Assembly (NCBI RefSeq): GCF_006345805.1
Contig: NC_043003.1
Location: 45,260,001 to 45,324,000 of the forward strand
Source: Octopus sinensis
Lineage: Eukaryota
DNA: 64,000 bases
Direction: 5' to 3'
Shown: positions 1 to 12,487 of the stretch, one piece after another
Layout of the letters: the number at the start of each line of letters is the position of its first letter
Position numbering within the stretch: position 1 is the stretch's first letter
Program-made: the position numbers and the translations under genes
Notes under the pieces: generated by a model
What the model was told of the DNA's origin: nothing
The model's input: the letters and a program-made list of their open reading frames with translations, nothing else
Databases searched by the model: none

Positions 1-647
1 TGTGAGGATAGAGAGACAGAGAGTGCACTAAACGAGTGTTTACTTCTCTTTGCACACAGCACACACACACACACATACACACACATATACACACATATAT
101 ATAGGGGTGTGAGGATGTCTCGGAGTATGAGTGTGTACGGAAGGCGTCCCATGTAAAATTTATTCATACACTCTAGAGAATTAGTTCGTAGTTTACTTTT
201 TCTTCCGAAACTTAACATGTCAAACAACAACATACGAAGGGTTGGGTAACCGTGAAGTGAAACCAACATACTGTCTTACCACAAAACATGATTACTATGG
301 TTTATTTTGTCTTGTCCTCATTTTCTTTGTCACTCTCTCCCTCTCTCTTTCCTTTTCTCTCAGTCTCCCGCTCTAGATTTCACTCTCTCTCTCTCCCTGG
401 CTCCACTCCCTTTCCTATGCGTGTGTGTCTCTTGTGGGTGCGAGGGGATATGTTTACATATGTGCGTCGATAACTATAGAGGCATGTATATGCATGCATG
501 TGTTTATTATCATATTGACATGTTTGTGTATGTATATGCTTACGCATATATATATATTATATATATATATTATATATATATATATATATATAAGAGGTTT
601 GAAAACGCCACTATATAAGATAAATTTTAAGTTTCTTAGAGGCTTTA

Positions 648-795
648 CATGTGGTGGTGTTTTCTTGGCTGTAATCGTGAAAGTGACCGTTGGCCGTTAT
701 TACGGCCAACGCTCACTTTCACGATTATAGCCAATGATTCTAGTCAACGCATAAGACAGCCGTTATGCTTCCCACCACAAAAGCACCACCACATG
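648..795. repeat. Foldback/palindromic element (MITE-like) with a 33-bp inner hairpin
   Basis: 665-697 is the reverse complement of 702-734 (one mismatch, one G-T) around loop TATT. Outer arms CATGTGGTGGTG (648-659) and CACCACCACATG (784-795) are perfect inverted copies. The right arm carries about 45 extra nt (735-779). Confidence 0.75.
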
Positions 796-1159
796 GACTC
801 TCTTGAGACGAGTAAGAAACAATTATGAACTTTATATATATATATATATTCACCTCAGCTCTCTACTCCATCTCTCTTTACCTTCCTCTTCCTATATTTG
901 TTTCCATGAAAGGCCACTAGACTCTCCTAACAGCCTGCAATACCCACTCGGAAATCGACGATCTTTTCTCGGGCTCTCGGGGTTCACTCATTGAAGAATC
1001 CATGCAAGTCTAAGGACAGATTCTAGTGACCCTCATTGGTTCAAACTATATTTATTGATAATATATACTTGTTTTTTGGGTTTTTTTCTTTAAGGCGGCG
1101 AGCAGATAGAATCGTTTGTACTCCGGACAAAATTCTTGGTGGAATTAGGTTCCGAGTTA

Positions 1160-1282
1160 AAGTTTCGTTCTTTCATGGTCGAGAAACTAAGTACCAGTTG
1201 AGTACTATAGTCGATGTAATTGACTTACCTATTCCTCAGAAAGTGTAGGCCTTGGGCCAAAATTTGAAATCAATTTGAAATC
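1160..1282 (+). mobile_element. SINE-B-type fragment (core plus alternative tail)
   Basis: ctttcatggtcgagaaactaagtaccagttgagtactatagtcgatgtaattgactta resembles the core of the better SINE-B copies at 27494-27829. Its tail ggccttgggccaaaatttgaaatc is a different tail type. Confidence 0.55.
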
Positions 1283-1379
1283 AATATCATGAGAGTGTGA
1301 ATTTCTTAGTGCGTATACATAATCACATAGATGAAGGCAATTGTGTGTGTGTAAGCAAAGGCAAGAGACATAAAAATGG

Positions 1380-1572
1380 TATTGGGTTGTCCGGAAAGTT
1401 CATGCCGAGTTATAGTAGCTTACCTTTCGACTTATATTAGAACATGGTTGAGTCCATAAAATAGGATATGACTACACCTCCATTTAGAGCTTAGTTTAAG
1501 CTGCCTTTTCGTGGAAGAAGGTTTATGTTCCTTAACCTGTGTTAATTCTGTAACCCTTTAAAATGAAAGTTA
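1380..1572 (+). mobile_element. 5' end of a mariner-like element, truncated at a (TA)n run
   Basis: TA followed by TTGGGTTGTCCGGAAAGTT resembles mariner-type TIRs. An ATG at 1563 precedes the (TA)n/(TATG)n array. No partner TIR was found. Confidence 0.45.
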
Positions 1573-2799
1573 TATATATATATGTATGTATGTGTGTATG
1601 TATGTATGTATGTATGTATGTATGTATGTATGTATGTATGTATGTATGTATGTATATATGTATGTATGTATTCCAAAACCAATTTATGATGCTACTTCTG
1701 TTGTTTTAAATGTTGTATACGAATATATTACGAAATAATGTGAAATAACGCGGGAAGAAAATCGAAAACACCTTTTTTTATACACACATATATCAATGAT
1801 TACAGTTTACTCTCACATATTATTTTAAGGCACATAACATTAAGTGTTGCAGTATAAGTACAGAGAATTTTGGAAATGAGCGGTAGTCGCCCAGCTTCAT
1901 TACTTCTTGTTCGTGAATTGAGAGCTGGCTTCTTCATACTATTGAGGACTGCTGGCAATTATGTTTGCTTATATTATTTCTAATTGTCTGTGACGAAAGT
2001 GATTGAACGAATGATTCTATATCTAAGTTTATGGTGTGTGCCGTGATGGAATAACGACATGTTTCATCGTAGTGAAATTTTATAGGCTTATTTGCTTCTA
2101 TAATTCGTGCATGTTTCAAAGTTTATGGTAAATTTAGACGTTGGCTAATGTCCACATTTTCATGGGAACTGGCAAACTACGTTTATTAATTTTGCCCCCA
2201 GAGCTTATATTACAATAAATTATTTTCATTATGCCAAGGATATTGGTGTATGGTGTTTTGATAATATATTTGGAAAATGTGACTGTCAGAGAAGTTTACC
2301 TATAAAGAGTTCGATTTGGTGCTATTTTTAACATATCAGTTTTCTTTAGTGTAAACTAAGGGACATGGAATTAAATTAGGATCTATGGATAATGAATTAC
2401 AAACAATTAGCGCTATGGAATAGGTGATGAATAAGAGGCTGAGGACAATGGAGATGCTTGTGCCTCCATTTTTTTTTTATTTCATGAAAAGATGGTAGTC
2501 AAATATGTAAACGATGATTGAGGCAGTTGTAGAAGTGATAGCAAAAGCTGAGAAGCTGTGAATATGTGAATATGAATGTCTTTATGATGATGATTCTGAT
2601 ACTGAAAATGAGAGTAGTGGAGTATTATGATCTGAGTTGTGCAGTTGATGTTGAAGATAATAATAGTAATACATGCACATTCATGCATACACACACGCAT
2701 GTGAAGATATTTATGCATGTATGTTTATCTTTATACATTCTCTCACTCATTCATACAGCACATGTCGAACATACACATATAGCTAGTTAGTAAGTTAGT

Positions 2800-2899
<100 letters not shown>

Positions 2900-3103
2900 C
2901 TGACTGACAGGTATACACAAACACACAGACATACTTGCATGCATACATATTAAAATTATCGTGTCCAATGCGGCTTGTGTAATGCCATGTATGAGCAAAC
3001 ATTAACACACTGAAAATATTGATGTATGACATTTTATAATGAAATAAAATAAGTTAAAACCTCAAGATTATTTCGCAAGATGAATATATTAATAAATTAA
3101 TAT

Positions 3104-3194
3104 ATCGCATTAGATCTAGAGCGTTTTAAATTAATAAATCGCATTAATAAATTAATAAATTAATAAATCGCATTAGATCTAGAGCGTTTTAAAT
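3104..3194. repeat. 28-bp direct repeat (period 63) with AT-rich subrepeats between copies
   Basis: atcgcattagatctagagcgttttaaat at 3104-3131 and 3167-3194, separated by (aattaata)-type units. Confidence 0.9.
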
Positions 3195-3868
3195 GCTGAG
3201 GTGTAAAGTAATCCTCTTTGTCTATCAAATAGATGAATGACTTCAAGCACTTATTAAATATGATGACTATAAGCACATATGCGCATGTGTGTGTGTGAGT
3301 GTGAGTGTGTGTGTGAACAGCTAAATGAATGTGAATGAGGAATAGCCGCACAGGCAAAGGCATTGTATAAAGAGATGCACACGAGGCAGGTGCTGTAAAG
3401 CGCCTCGCGACGGGCGTGGTTGGAGGCCCAACATTCTGTGTTTTCTTTTACAGGGCTTAGAAAATTGAAGGACTGTTGCAATAAATGTATGAATCTGAGA
3501 GGAAAATATGTTGAAAAAAAATAATAATTCACCGATCCTCATGTTTTGTCTTTTACTCAAAGCCACGAACTTTTCAGCGCCCCCTTTTATAAAAAGAAAA
3601 AATACTGCGGATTACATATAACGATATAACTTACAATCGAAATATATAATTCATGTTAAACGAAATGTGGATTTTGTGAGCGGATTAGATTATGTAGAGT
3701 AAATCTAAGGTGTATATAAGCGTGATGTATGTTACGGGCATGTGTACTGAGTGACAGAAACGAAGATGCAGAAACGAAAATGTACACGAGAGAAATATAA
3801 GATGCAGATGTGTGATAGAAAACCCATGCACAATAGTATTCTCCGTGTTGTTTCAAGAATTTTATTGA

Positions 3869-4195
3869 AAGCGCGTGGCTTAATGGTTAGGGTATTCGAC
3901 TGACGATCGTATGGTCGTGTGTTCGATACCAGCTAGTGCGTTGTGTCCTTAGGCACTACACTTTATTTCACATTGCACCAGTCCACTCAGCTGGCAAAAA
4001 TAAGTTGAAACTGTATTTCAAAGGACCAGTCTTATCACATTTTGTGTCACGCTGAATCACCCTGAAAACTATGTTAATAATACGCTTGTGGAGTGAAGCA
4101 CTCAGCCATTTGCAAGTTAATTTGAGGAGCAGGTTGTTCCATTGGAACAACTGGAACCCTCAACTGGAACCCTCATTGTTGGAAACGACGGAGTG
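3869..4195 (+). mobile_element. tRNA-derived SINE, family C
   Basis: A-box-like tggcttaatggttag and B-box-like gttcgatacc. The body aligns with the reverse complement of 59627-59948 and with 24950-25260. Confidence 0.85.
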
Positions 4196-4621
4196 TCAGT
4201 TTTTCAAGAACTGTAGAATAAACTACTTTTGGTGAAGGCATGATGAAATCAGCTCCAGTTTAGACGTTAATAGATTCAGATGTGTGAATATAATGAAATT
4301 TATTCTATAATCAGCAGATGTAGCACATGTTCCCATTGATCTGAGCAGGAGCGAATTTGATAAAATATTATTTAATTTCATTTTTGGAGATGATTTGCCT
4401 TTTGACCTCTAGATTTATTTCGAAAGCGTGGGTGCTGATCTTTTATTTTCATGTCTAAATGAGTGTGCATGCTCATTATATAAGGCTTTGAAGGAGATCT
4501 CGGTAAAATGTGTGCAGTTTTTAGTGTTAATGCTATCATTGGTGGAAACCTTCATACTAGACACAAAACCATTACTGAAAACATTCACTGCATGTGTGCG
4601 TTTGTGTGTGTGTGGGTGTTT

Positions 4622-4666
<45 letters not shown>

Positions 4667-5247
4667 CGTAGTACCTTGCTGTTGTGTGCAGGGCTCCACG
4701 TAGATTTTCATGTTCCTTTTTCTTTCAAGTCCAGTGGTTAAATAACTACCGTACTTAGTATTACTAGTTGTTAAATACAGAGCAAATGTAAAAGAAATTA
4801 AGATAAATACGAGTTCATATCAATAGTTTCTACATACATTTCACCATTCTGGTTGCTGAAAACACTCCATCCAAATCCACTGAGAATAACGAATGAAGGG
4901 ATCCAAGAAGCCAGAAAGCTCAAACACAGGTAGGAAATAATGATATAAACTCAGATTTCTGGTATTCAGAATCAAAGAACATGTACGGTGTGCGCAAACG
5001 AAATAAATAAGACGGAAAGCATATTGTAGTCTCATTAGGTTAATATTTAAGCAAATGTAAATCATAAGATTAATTGATAGGTAGTAATACTCTCGCTCAT
5101 GCAATAAGTTATAATTATTATATCTAAGTAATAGTTGTAGAATTCGTATCTGAAGCTGTGTAAATTACTGGACATTAGGTAAGAAACTTAGAATAATGTA
5201 AAATAAGAATGGCATTTAGAAACGTTGCACCGAAAAATAATAAAATT

Positions 5248-5687
5248 GTTACCAGTTCAAATATGCTTGATACATATAACCCATAAAAATACTACTCACT
5301 GCGTTTTCTCATGGAGAAAAATTGTCACTGTAGACAAATAGGTGTAAACACATCGAGTTAGTTTGGCGCGCTATCTACGCTCTCTACCGACATCGATAGA
5401 AGCATGCATTTCGGAGTTGTTATCTCGTCTTCAGCATCGAACACTACAAACGATAACTCTGCAAACAATCAATGAAAGACTAACTCTCTCCTATTATATT
5501 CCAGTACCGTAACTGATGCGCTAATCGGCAGTCCGGACATAATAAAATACGGATTAGAAGTGCTAAGCAATAATGTGTGCCAATAAAAACTTGCTACCAG
5601 TTCAAATATACTTGAGACATATTCGAACCCGTATGAATGTCATTGACTGGATTTTATCATGGAGCAAAATTCTCGCTGTAGACAAAT
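5248..5687 (-). repeat. Diverged direct repeats (period about 345), possibly Penelope-like pseudo-LTR remnant
   Basis: 5248-5339 and 5593-5687 share accagttcaaatat...ttga...catgga...aaaatt...ctgtagacaaat. A hammerhead-like core lies between them. Confidence 0.55.
5393..5440 (-). ncRNA. Degenerate type I hammerhead ribozyme motif
   Basis: Minus strand reads TCGATG-CTGAAGA-CGAG-ATAACAA-CTCC-GAAA-TGCATGCT-TC-TATCGA. This gives a CUGANGA core, GAAA, stem II GAG/CTC and a 6-bp stem I. Three substitutions separate it from a canonical fold. Confidence 0.5.
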
Positions 5688-6335
5688 TATATCTCCTAAG
5701 AATACAGGGTGGTCTATTTTCAGTAAAATATTAATGTAAAGTAACTACTATAGGACAACAAAAATATTTTCGCAAAGAATACGGAAAACTAATACAAATA
5801 ACTATAAACTATGTAGACACATTAAACAATTGTTAACTGTCTTCAAGGAAGGAGAAAAAAAATTATATTTACATATAAAACAGAGAACACGGTAACAGAC
5901 AGCTGCGGGGAAAATAAGAAACAAGAGAAAGCATTAACAAACGACAAACTAAACTTAAAAATGGGTTAGAGATTTATACTACAATGTTTGACAACAAAAC
6001 TCCCAATACACTAACATCGCGATTACCTGATGCTGCAAAGCTCAAGTAGATAACAAATAACCTTACATCTGCTCAGAAATGCGGGACACAGAGCTGTAGA
6101 CTAGAATTTTTGTTTGTTTGTTTTTTATATTATTACTCTGAAGAACTAAAAGATGCGAGAACTATAGTATAAAGCGGGCAGCAAGATGTAGACGGACAAT
6201 ATGAGATGCTTATGAAGAAACAATCATATTCTCCTACTAACTGCGTATGCTTATGTGAATGTATGTGTGTGTGTGTGTGAGTGTGTGTGTGAGTGTTTGT
6301 GTATGTGTGTATATGTATGTATATATGTATATGTG

Positions 6336-6374
<39 letters not shown>

Positions 6375-6899
6375 ATATATATATATGTGTGTGTATGTGT
6401 GTGTAAGTATATATATATATATATGTATGTATTATGTATATATAAAAACACATGTATGTGCGAGTATGTGTGTACGTGTATCCAACAGACATCTCTTTTA
6501 ATCGAAGACGAAAAGGGCATACATTGTGTATCATGCTTTTAGTGTGTACCATATATTTAGATGGAGATAAAAAAAAATCTTCTTGCACCTTCCACACAGT
6601 GATACATCCACGTTTTCCCATACCAAATAACGCAAGGTATTGATCTCAGCAGTATTTGACTTCACACATTATAGAGCGTGAATGAATATCGCAGTACAGC
6701 AACTGGATTACCCACACGTAACATCACATACACACACACATTTGGCGCTTTTGAACTCAGAAACATAAAGATCGAAGAAATGCCGCTAACCATTTTGTCT
6801 GGAGTGCAAATGAATCTGCCAACTCGCCGCCTTATCCGCTTTAATAATTATCCTTTCTGCTATAGGCACAAAGCTTGAAATTTGGTGGGAAGAGAATAC

Positions 6900-7198
6900 T
6901 CAGTTACATCCAACCCAGTGTTTCGGTGGTCCTTATTTATCGACCCCGAAATGATGAAAAGCAAAGTCGACCCCGGCGAAATTTGTACTCAGAACATAAA
7001 AGACAGACGAAATGCCACTAAGCCTAAAATCTGGAGATGGGGAATATTACATCGACCCGGTATTTCATAGGCACTTATTTTATCGAGTCTGAAGGGACTA
7101 GAGGCAAATTCGACCTCGTTAGAATTTGAACTCACAACGTAAAGACGGACGAAATGCTGTGAAGCATTTTGCCCGGCGTGCTAATGTTTGTGCCAGCT
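6900..7198 (-). mobile_element. Two degenerate tandem SINE-B copies
   Basis: atcgaccccgaaatgatgaaaagcaaagtcgaccccggcgaaatttgtactcagaac, plus a second copy ending in ttgcccggcgtgctaa...gccagc, match the reverse complement of the SINE-B head and core. Confidence 0.75.
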
Positions 7199-7200
7199 TT

Positions 7201-7245
<45 letters not shown>

Positions 7246-7256
7246 CAGCAGCAGCA

Positions 7257-8830
7257 CGGGGCCCAAGCTTTGGGTTATCTTAAAGGTGATGCCAACATCG
7301 TTTGAGCAATGCTGATGGAATATTTTCTACATCATGCAAATGATGTAGCGCTCACAGTGACATTGGAAAGAAAACAGGTTGAGCTTTTCTAGTTGACCCT
7401 AATAGTCAAGGTTTACCATGCCATCTATTTTTCTTTTTTGTAATTGACATTTGGGATGGTTCAAATTTATACTTTGTTTCGTGTAGGGAGACCAGAGTGG
7501 ACAACAGTATTGAAGAGGGGGGGTCGGACAAAAGTGGAGACGAGAAGAATAATGTTGTGGATATCTCTCGACTGGAAAGATCTGAGAATTCAGGAACAAA
7601 TTCTGCAGGTCATGTCAACTTTGCTGTTATGAGCGACGCAGCTTATATTGTTCACAATTACTCCCAAGTCTCTGATGTTGTTGGATGCCATGAGAGTTTC
7701 ACTTGAAGGAGGGAAATATGGGAGTTTCAGGGTATCCTCTTTACCGAAGCGGATTACTCCAAGTTTGTTCTCGTTCAGCAGCATATTGTTCTTTTCCGCC
7801 CATTGGATGACAGACCTGTCTGAAGGCATGTCTGGTCACTCACTTCATTGATGACTCTCTGGAGCTTGGAATCATCTGTAATGATTCTTATGTTGCTGTG
7901 CTTGATGATGTCAGTAATGTCATTAATGTAGATGATGAATAGAAGTGGGCCCAACACAGTGCCTTGTGGAACACCACAACTGACTTTGGCTGGGTTTGAT
8001 TTTACTCATACGACTATAACGTGTTGGGTTGTGTCTGTCAGGAAATATTTGCTCCGTTGTATAATAGCATCATTCCATAGACACCCATGTTGTATGGTAT
8101 TTCCAAGAGAATCTTATGATCAACTCTGTCAAAGGGCTTGCTGAAATCAAGGTAGATGACATCGGTGATAGAACCCTCTCCCAAAGCTCTCAAAATGTCA
8201 GCAAAGTGATGCAGGAGCGGCGTTAGGCAGTTCCTTCCATTAAGGAGCCCATGCTGGTTGGGGTTCAGCAATCTGTTGCATTCAAGAAAGTGGGTTATTC
8301 GTGATCTCACCACATTCTCAAAAACCTTAATGATATGAGAACTGAGCGAAATCGGACGATAGTTCACTGCACGGGATTTGTTTCCCTTTTTGAAAACTGG
8401 AACAACAGACTGGGGCTGAAAGGTTTCAGGAATATTGCCAGCATCCAGTGAGTTGCTCCACAGATTAGTAAGAGGAGATGCAAGTTGGTGTCGACACACC
8501 TTCAGGACACAAGCAGGGAACCTATTAGGGCCTACTGCTTAATTGTGCTTAATTTCGTTTATTGCTGCAAAGGCATCAGGGACGCCAAACGTTATGTCTG
8601 ATATAGCGTATTGAGGATTAACATCACTGATACAACCTACATCAGCCATATCAGGATTACTGAAAACAGAGCAATATTGTTTTTACAGTATCTCACTCAC
8701 GGTGTTGGTATTTTCTTGGAGTGTGACCCTGTATTTTTTCGCAAGAGAAGAACACTTTGGGGTTGAATTTGATTTTCTCAATGGCCCATTTCTCGTCAGC
8801 TGTTGTTTGATTATTGATGATGGTCTTCAT
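7257..8830 (-). pseudogene. Non-LTR reverse transcriptase pseudogene (ORF2 remnant)
   Basis: ORF-track pieces 8038-8499, 7775-7957, 7590-7829 and 7399-7599 are consecutive RT segments in shifting frames. Upstream KIKFNPKVFF and KQYCSVFS linker motifs occur at 8650-8800. Confidence 0.9.
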
Positions 8831-10030
8831 GTATTGTTGGTGGTTATATAATTTTTATTCGAGCAGGGCGATGGTCGTCGAAAATATGTGTGGATGTTGG
8901 CAGTATTTTTTAGTTTGTTAATTTTTTGTTGTTTCTATTTTTCTGATAATTGTTTTTTTTTCTGTTTTGGGAAATTCTGCACTTAGTTTGTTTTCAGAGG
9001 TCTTGGTGGAGTATGTTTGTGACAGTGTCTAGCAATGTGGGGAGTTGGTGCACTGGGGTAATAGCATAAGATGGTATTGAGTGATGGCTAAAAAGTTTTT
9101 GCATCTCTTTTGCCTGGTCCAAAATGGCTAAAAAAGAATTTTCCTGCCTCGGCAGCTGTTTTTGACTGGAGGCGTGGTTGCAATGTTGGATAGGGTTGTC
9201 TTCTCTTTTGTTGTCGTTTTTGTGTGTGTCTTCGTGAAAAGACTGGACCAGCATTACTGCACACAAGGGGTGTTTTACTCTGGTTTGTGTGGAGCCCCGT
9301 TTCTATTAGCGCATCGGGTTCTTAGAAGATGAGTGAAGGGACAGCCACTCACCTTCTCGCGTTGGGAATACTGGCAGATTTTGAGATTCCAAGTTATGCG
9401 TGTTCTAGCGTTCAATTTACTATTTGGTGGTGTTGATGTTGATGTTATTGTGGGATGCGTGCTGGGGCTTGGCTGGTAGTGTTTGTCTAGATTGTGCGTC
9501 TAGTGCCTGGTGGATGCGTGAAGAAGCAGTCGCTACGTGTGCAGAGCCTGTGGCGTTGTGAATAACGACATATTTTGGGAATTCTTGTTAGCGTCGTTGA
9601 GGACGCATTGGGCTTCATAGTTTTATTTACTGTAGGACTGAGGTGCGATGTGGTGGGAAGAAAGCAGTAGTTTATTATTAGTAGTTGGAGTGGTAGAAGA
9701 TGATGGTGGCAGCTGTGGTGTTTACGTTGATGATAATTGTGGTAGTTGCTGTGAGAGTGGTGAGTGAAAGAGAGGTAAAGTGATACTACCCTTCAGCAAA
9801 TCACCTGTTATGCTGGAATTTAGGAGTGGCTCTTCCTTTTGTTGTTCTTTCTGTTGTTGTTGCTTTCATGATTTCTGATTGTTGTTGTTGTTGTGCTTGA
9901 CCAATATTTGAAGAGTAAATGCATCGAATTTTCTCAAAATGACCCTGAATTAGTTTGAAGGAAACGTCGATGTTTTAGATTGCTGCGTACCTGCTTAATA
10001 AATCGCGTGCTGAGAGTTTACGCTGCTTTT
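7257..10030 (-). mobile_element. CR1/Jockey-group LINE, decayed (ORF1 remnant plus RT remnant, endonuclease apparently deleted)
   Basis: RT motifs: VVPVFKKGNKSRAVNYRPISLSS, NQHG, VIYLDFSKPFDRVDH, VPQGTVLGPLLFIIYIND, ITDD (YADD equivalent), IRDLGVIV and YCCPLWSP. A C-x-C-H zinc-finger-like ORF1 remnant lies near 9300-9400. The 5' boundary is approximate. Confidence 0.85.
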
Positions 10031-10259
10031 CGGCAATCTCATTCAGACATGAAGTGTTTAGGTTTACTGATTAGGAGAGAGAAAACCATGTGCTTATTAT
10101 ATGGTCAATTTCATTATCAGACCAATTTTGTTTGTTGCAAGCCCGCTGGTTAATCGCCATGTCTTTTTAATTATTCTTATTTTAATTTTAATTGTTTTAA
10201 AAGATATATGTATATATCCTTTATGTGTATGAGGCTTCAGTTAATTGAACATATTAAAA

Positions 10260-10316
<57 letters not shown>

Positions 10317-10580
10317 ATGTATTAATATATTCTTTCTTATGGGTGTGAGTTATTGGTTATTTAACTGTTTGTAGGTAAACACGTGGTTACAAATATATAT
10401 ATAAACGGTCAGACTGGTATTGTAGCTGAATACTTTGCTGCTAAATTTGGAGGAGAGAAGGCAAAACATGAATACATATATGTATATATACATGTATATG
10501 TGCCTTGTGTATATACATAGATATATATATATATATATATATACATTTTAATTTTCTCTCTATCCCTCTCTCTCCATCTT

Positions 10581-10649
<69 letters not shown>

Positions 10650-11269
10650 ATATATACATATATAAGTATAGACTTATAGAATATTATATATATATATATA
10701 TTTAATCTCACTCGGGTATATAGTGTGTATATATATGTGAGTGTGTGTGTGTGCATATACATATACATATACATACATAAAAGAAATTATATATGTATAT
10801 TTACATCATCAATCCATATACACATATATGCATACATATTTGTGTGTATACGTTTGTTTGTACTTATATGTGTGCATATAATAAATATATTCGTGTGTGC
10901 TTTCCATTAAATTCGTTGACACCATTATTCTGACATCTTCATTTTTTGACACGAAATAAAATACTATTTTCACACGATAAGGCCAAAGTTTTATTAAATA
11001 AAGGCCTGGGGCGTCATTTTTTTTCAGACGAACTGGAAGGCATAGCATTCAACACTGGGACAAAGCCAACAATGATATTAATGCCTCTGACAACAACCAC
11101 AATATTTGCTATTTTGGTGACGAGTATCTCCACGATTATGACGACAGCGAGAATTCCGGTAACCACGACAACGACAAAACAACGAAGACAACGATGATGA
11201 GGATATTGATGTTTTGCTCACACACACATCAGTGTTTTCAATAATAAATATAACAACAACAATACCACA

Positions 11270-11716
11270 GATTTGCTCGTCAGCTGTTTGACATTAAATA
11301 GTTGAGCATGTCACTTTGTGGTTGACGATATGTGCATCGCTAATCACAAACAGGACTAGTGGAAGAGCATCATAGCTATGCATTGAGAGGAACTTTTGGG
11401 GGTTTGGATAATTCACCTCTGGACACATAGGAGTTTCATTCAACATCCTTAAACGATCATTATTTAGGGAAATTTTGAGCAGGATGGGCTACTCGACATG
11501 AAGAAGATTCTAACTGGGCCCCACCTGCAACGTTATGCGCTGTTTATCTCCATATGAGATCACCATGTCGAGCACATATGGTTGTGATGGATGTGCTTGC
11601 TGTGCCCTAATCAGACGGGTAGTCACGATGGTTATATTGGATTCGTATATTGGTACCTCAGTGTCACTTTGATGACATGCACTGCTCTCTCTCACTCAAC
11701 AATAATAATAATAATT
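11270..11716 (+). mobile_element. Probable interspersed repeat ending in an (AAT)n tail (family unassigned)
   Basis: Higher-complexity block ending ...tgcactgctctctctcactcaacaataataataataatt, as for retroposon 3' tails. There is no second copy in the window. Confidence 0.3.
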
Positions 11717-11879
11717 AGGCGCAGGAGTGGCTGTGTGGTAAGTAGCTTGCTTACTAACCACATGGTTCTGGGTTCAGTCCCACTGCATGGCACTTGGGCA
11801 AGTGACTTCTACTATAGCTTCGGGCCGACCAAAGCCTGGTGAGTGGATTTGGTAGACGGAAACTGAAAGAAGTCCGTCG

Positions 11880-11919
<40 letters not shown>

Positions 11920-12174
11920 ATATATATGTGCATCATTAGAAAACATTTTAAGTCTGCTTACAATCTAACTTTGCTTTTCATAGAACTCTCTTCAATACTT
12001 CATGAGTGTAGCGTCAACCCCTAGGATGTTTGGAAAACTCATATGTTTTGGCTGATGAATACGTGACATTTATATTTGCTGCAATATTTGCAGCTTTTAA
12101 TAAATTTGTTCTTCGGATGAAACAATTGTACTGAACAACTAATCCATTCTTGTTGTTTTTTTCTTGTTTATAAC

Positions 12175-12206
<32 letters not shown>

Positions 12207-12213
12207 TATACAT

Positions 12214-12246
<33 letters not shown>

Positions 12247-12487
12247 TATATATATAGTATATATATATATATATATTATATATAATATGTTGTGTATATC
12301 TTTGTGTGTCTGAGTTTGTTCCCCGAACATTGCTTGTCTGATGCTGGTGTGTTTACGTCTCCGTAACTTAGCGGTTCGGCAAAAGAGACCGATATAATAA
12401 GTCCTGGGATCGATTTGCTCGACTAAAGACGGTGCTCCAGCATGGCCGCAGTCAAATGACTGAAACAAATAAATGAGTAAAAGAGTA
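11717..12487 (+). mobile_element. tRNA-headed bipartite SINE, family A (5' module, internal (TA)n, 3' module)
   Basis: The 5' module aggcgcaggagtggctgtgtggtaag...gaaactgaaagaagtccgtcg (11717-11880) and 3' module ...gcggttcggcaaaagagaccgat...aaatgagtaaaagagta (12300-12487) match copies at 38155, 44855, 47339 and 57215. About 200 bp of unrelated sequence lies between the modules. Confidence 0.85.

Noticed and set aside
1870-2400. Coding-looking block including ORF 1934-2119
   Set aside because: No recognisable motif in any frame and many stops. It may be an old repeat but I cannot support a call.
3869-3945. tRNA-like sequences (also 35790-35862 and 59870-59948) as tRNA genes
   Set aside because: A and B boxes are present but the cloverleaf stems fail, and most continue into SINE bodies. 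They are SINE heads.
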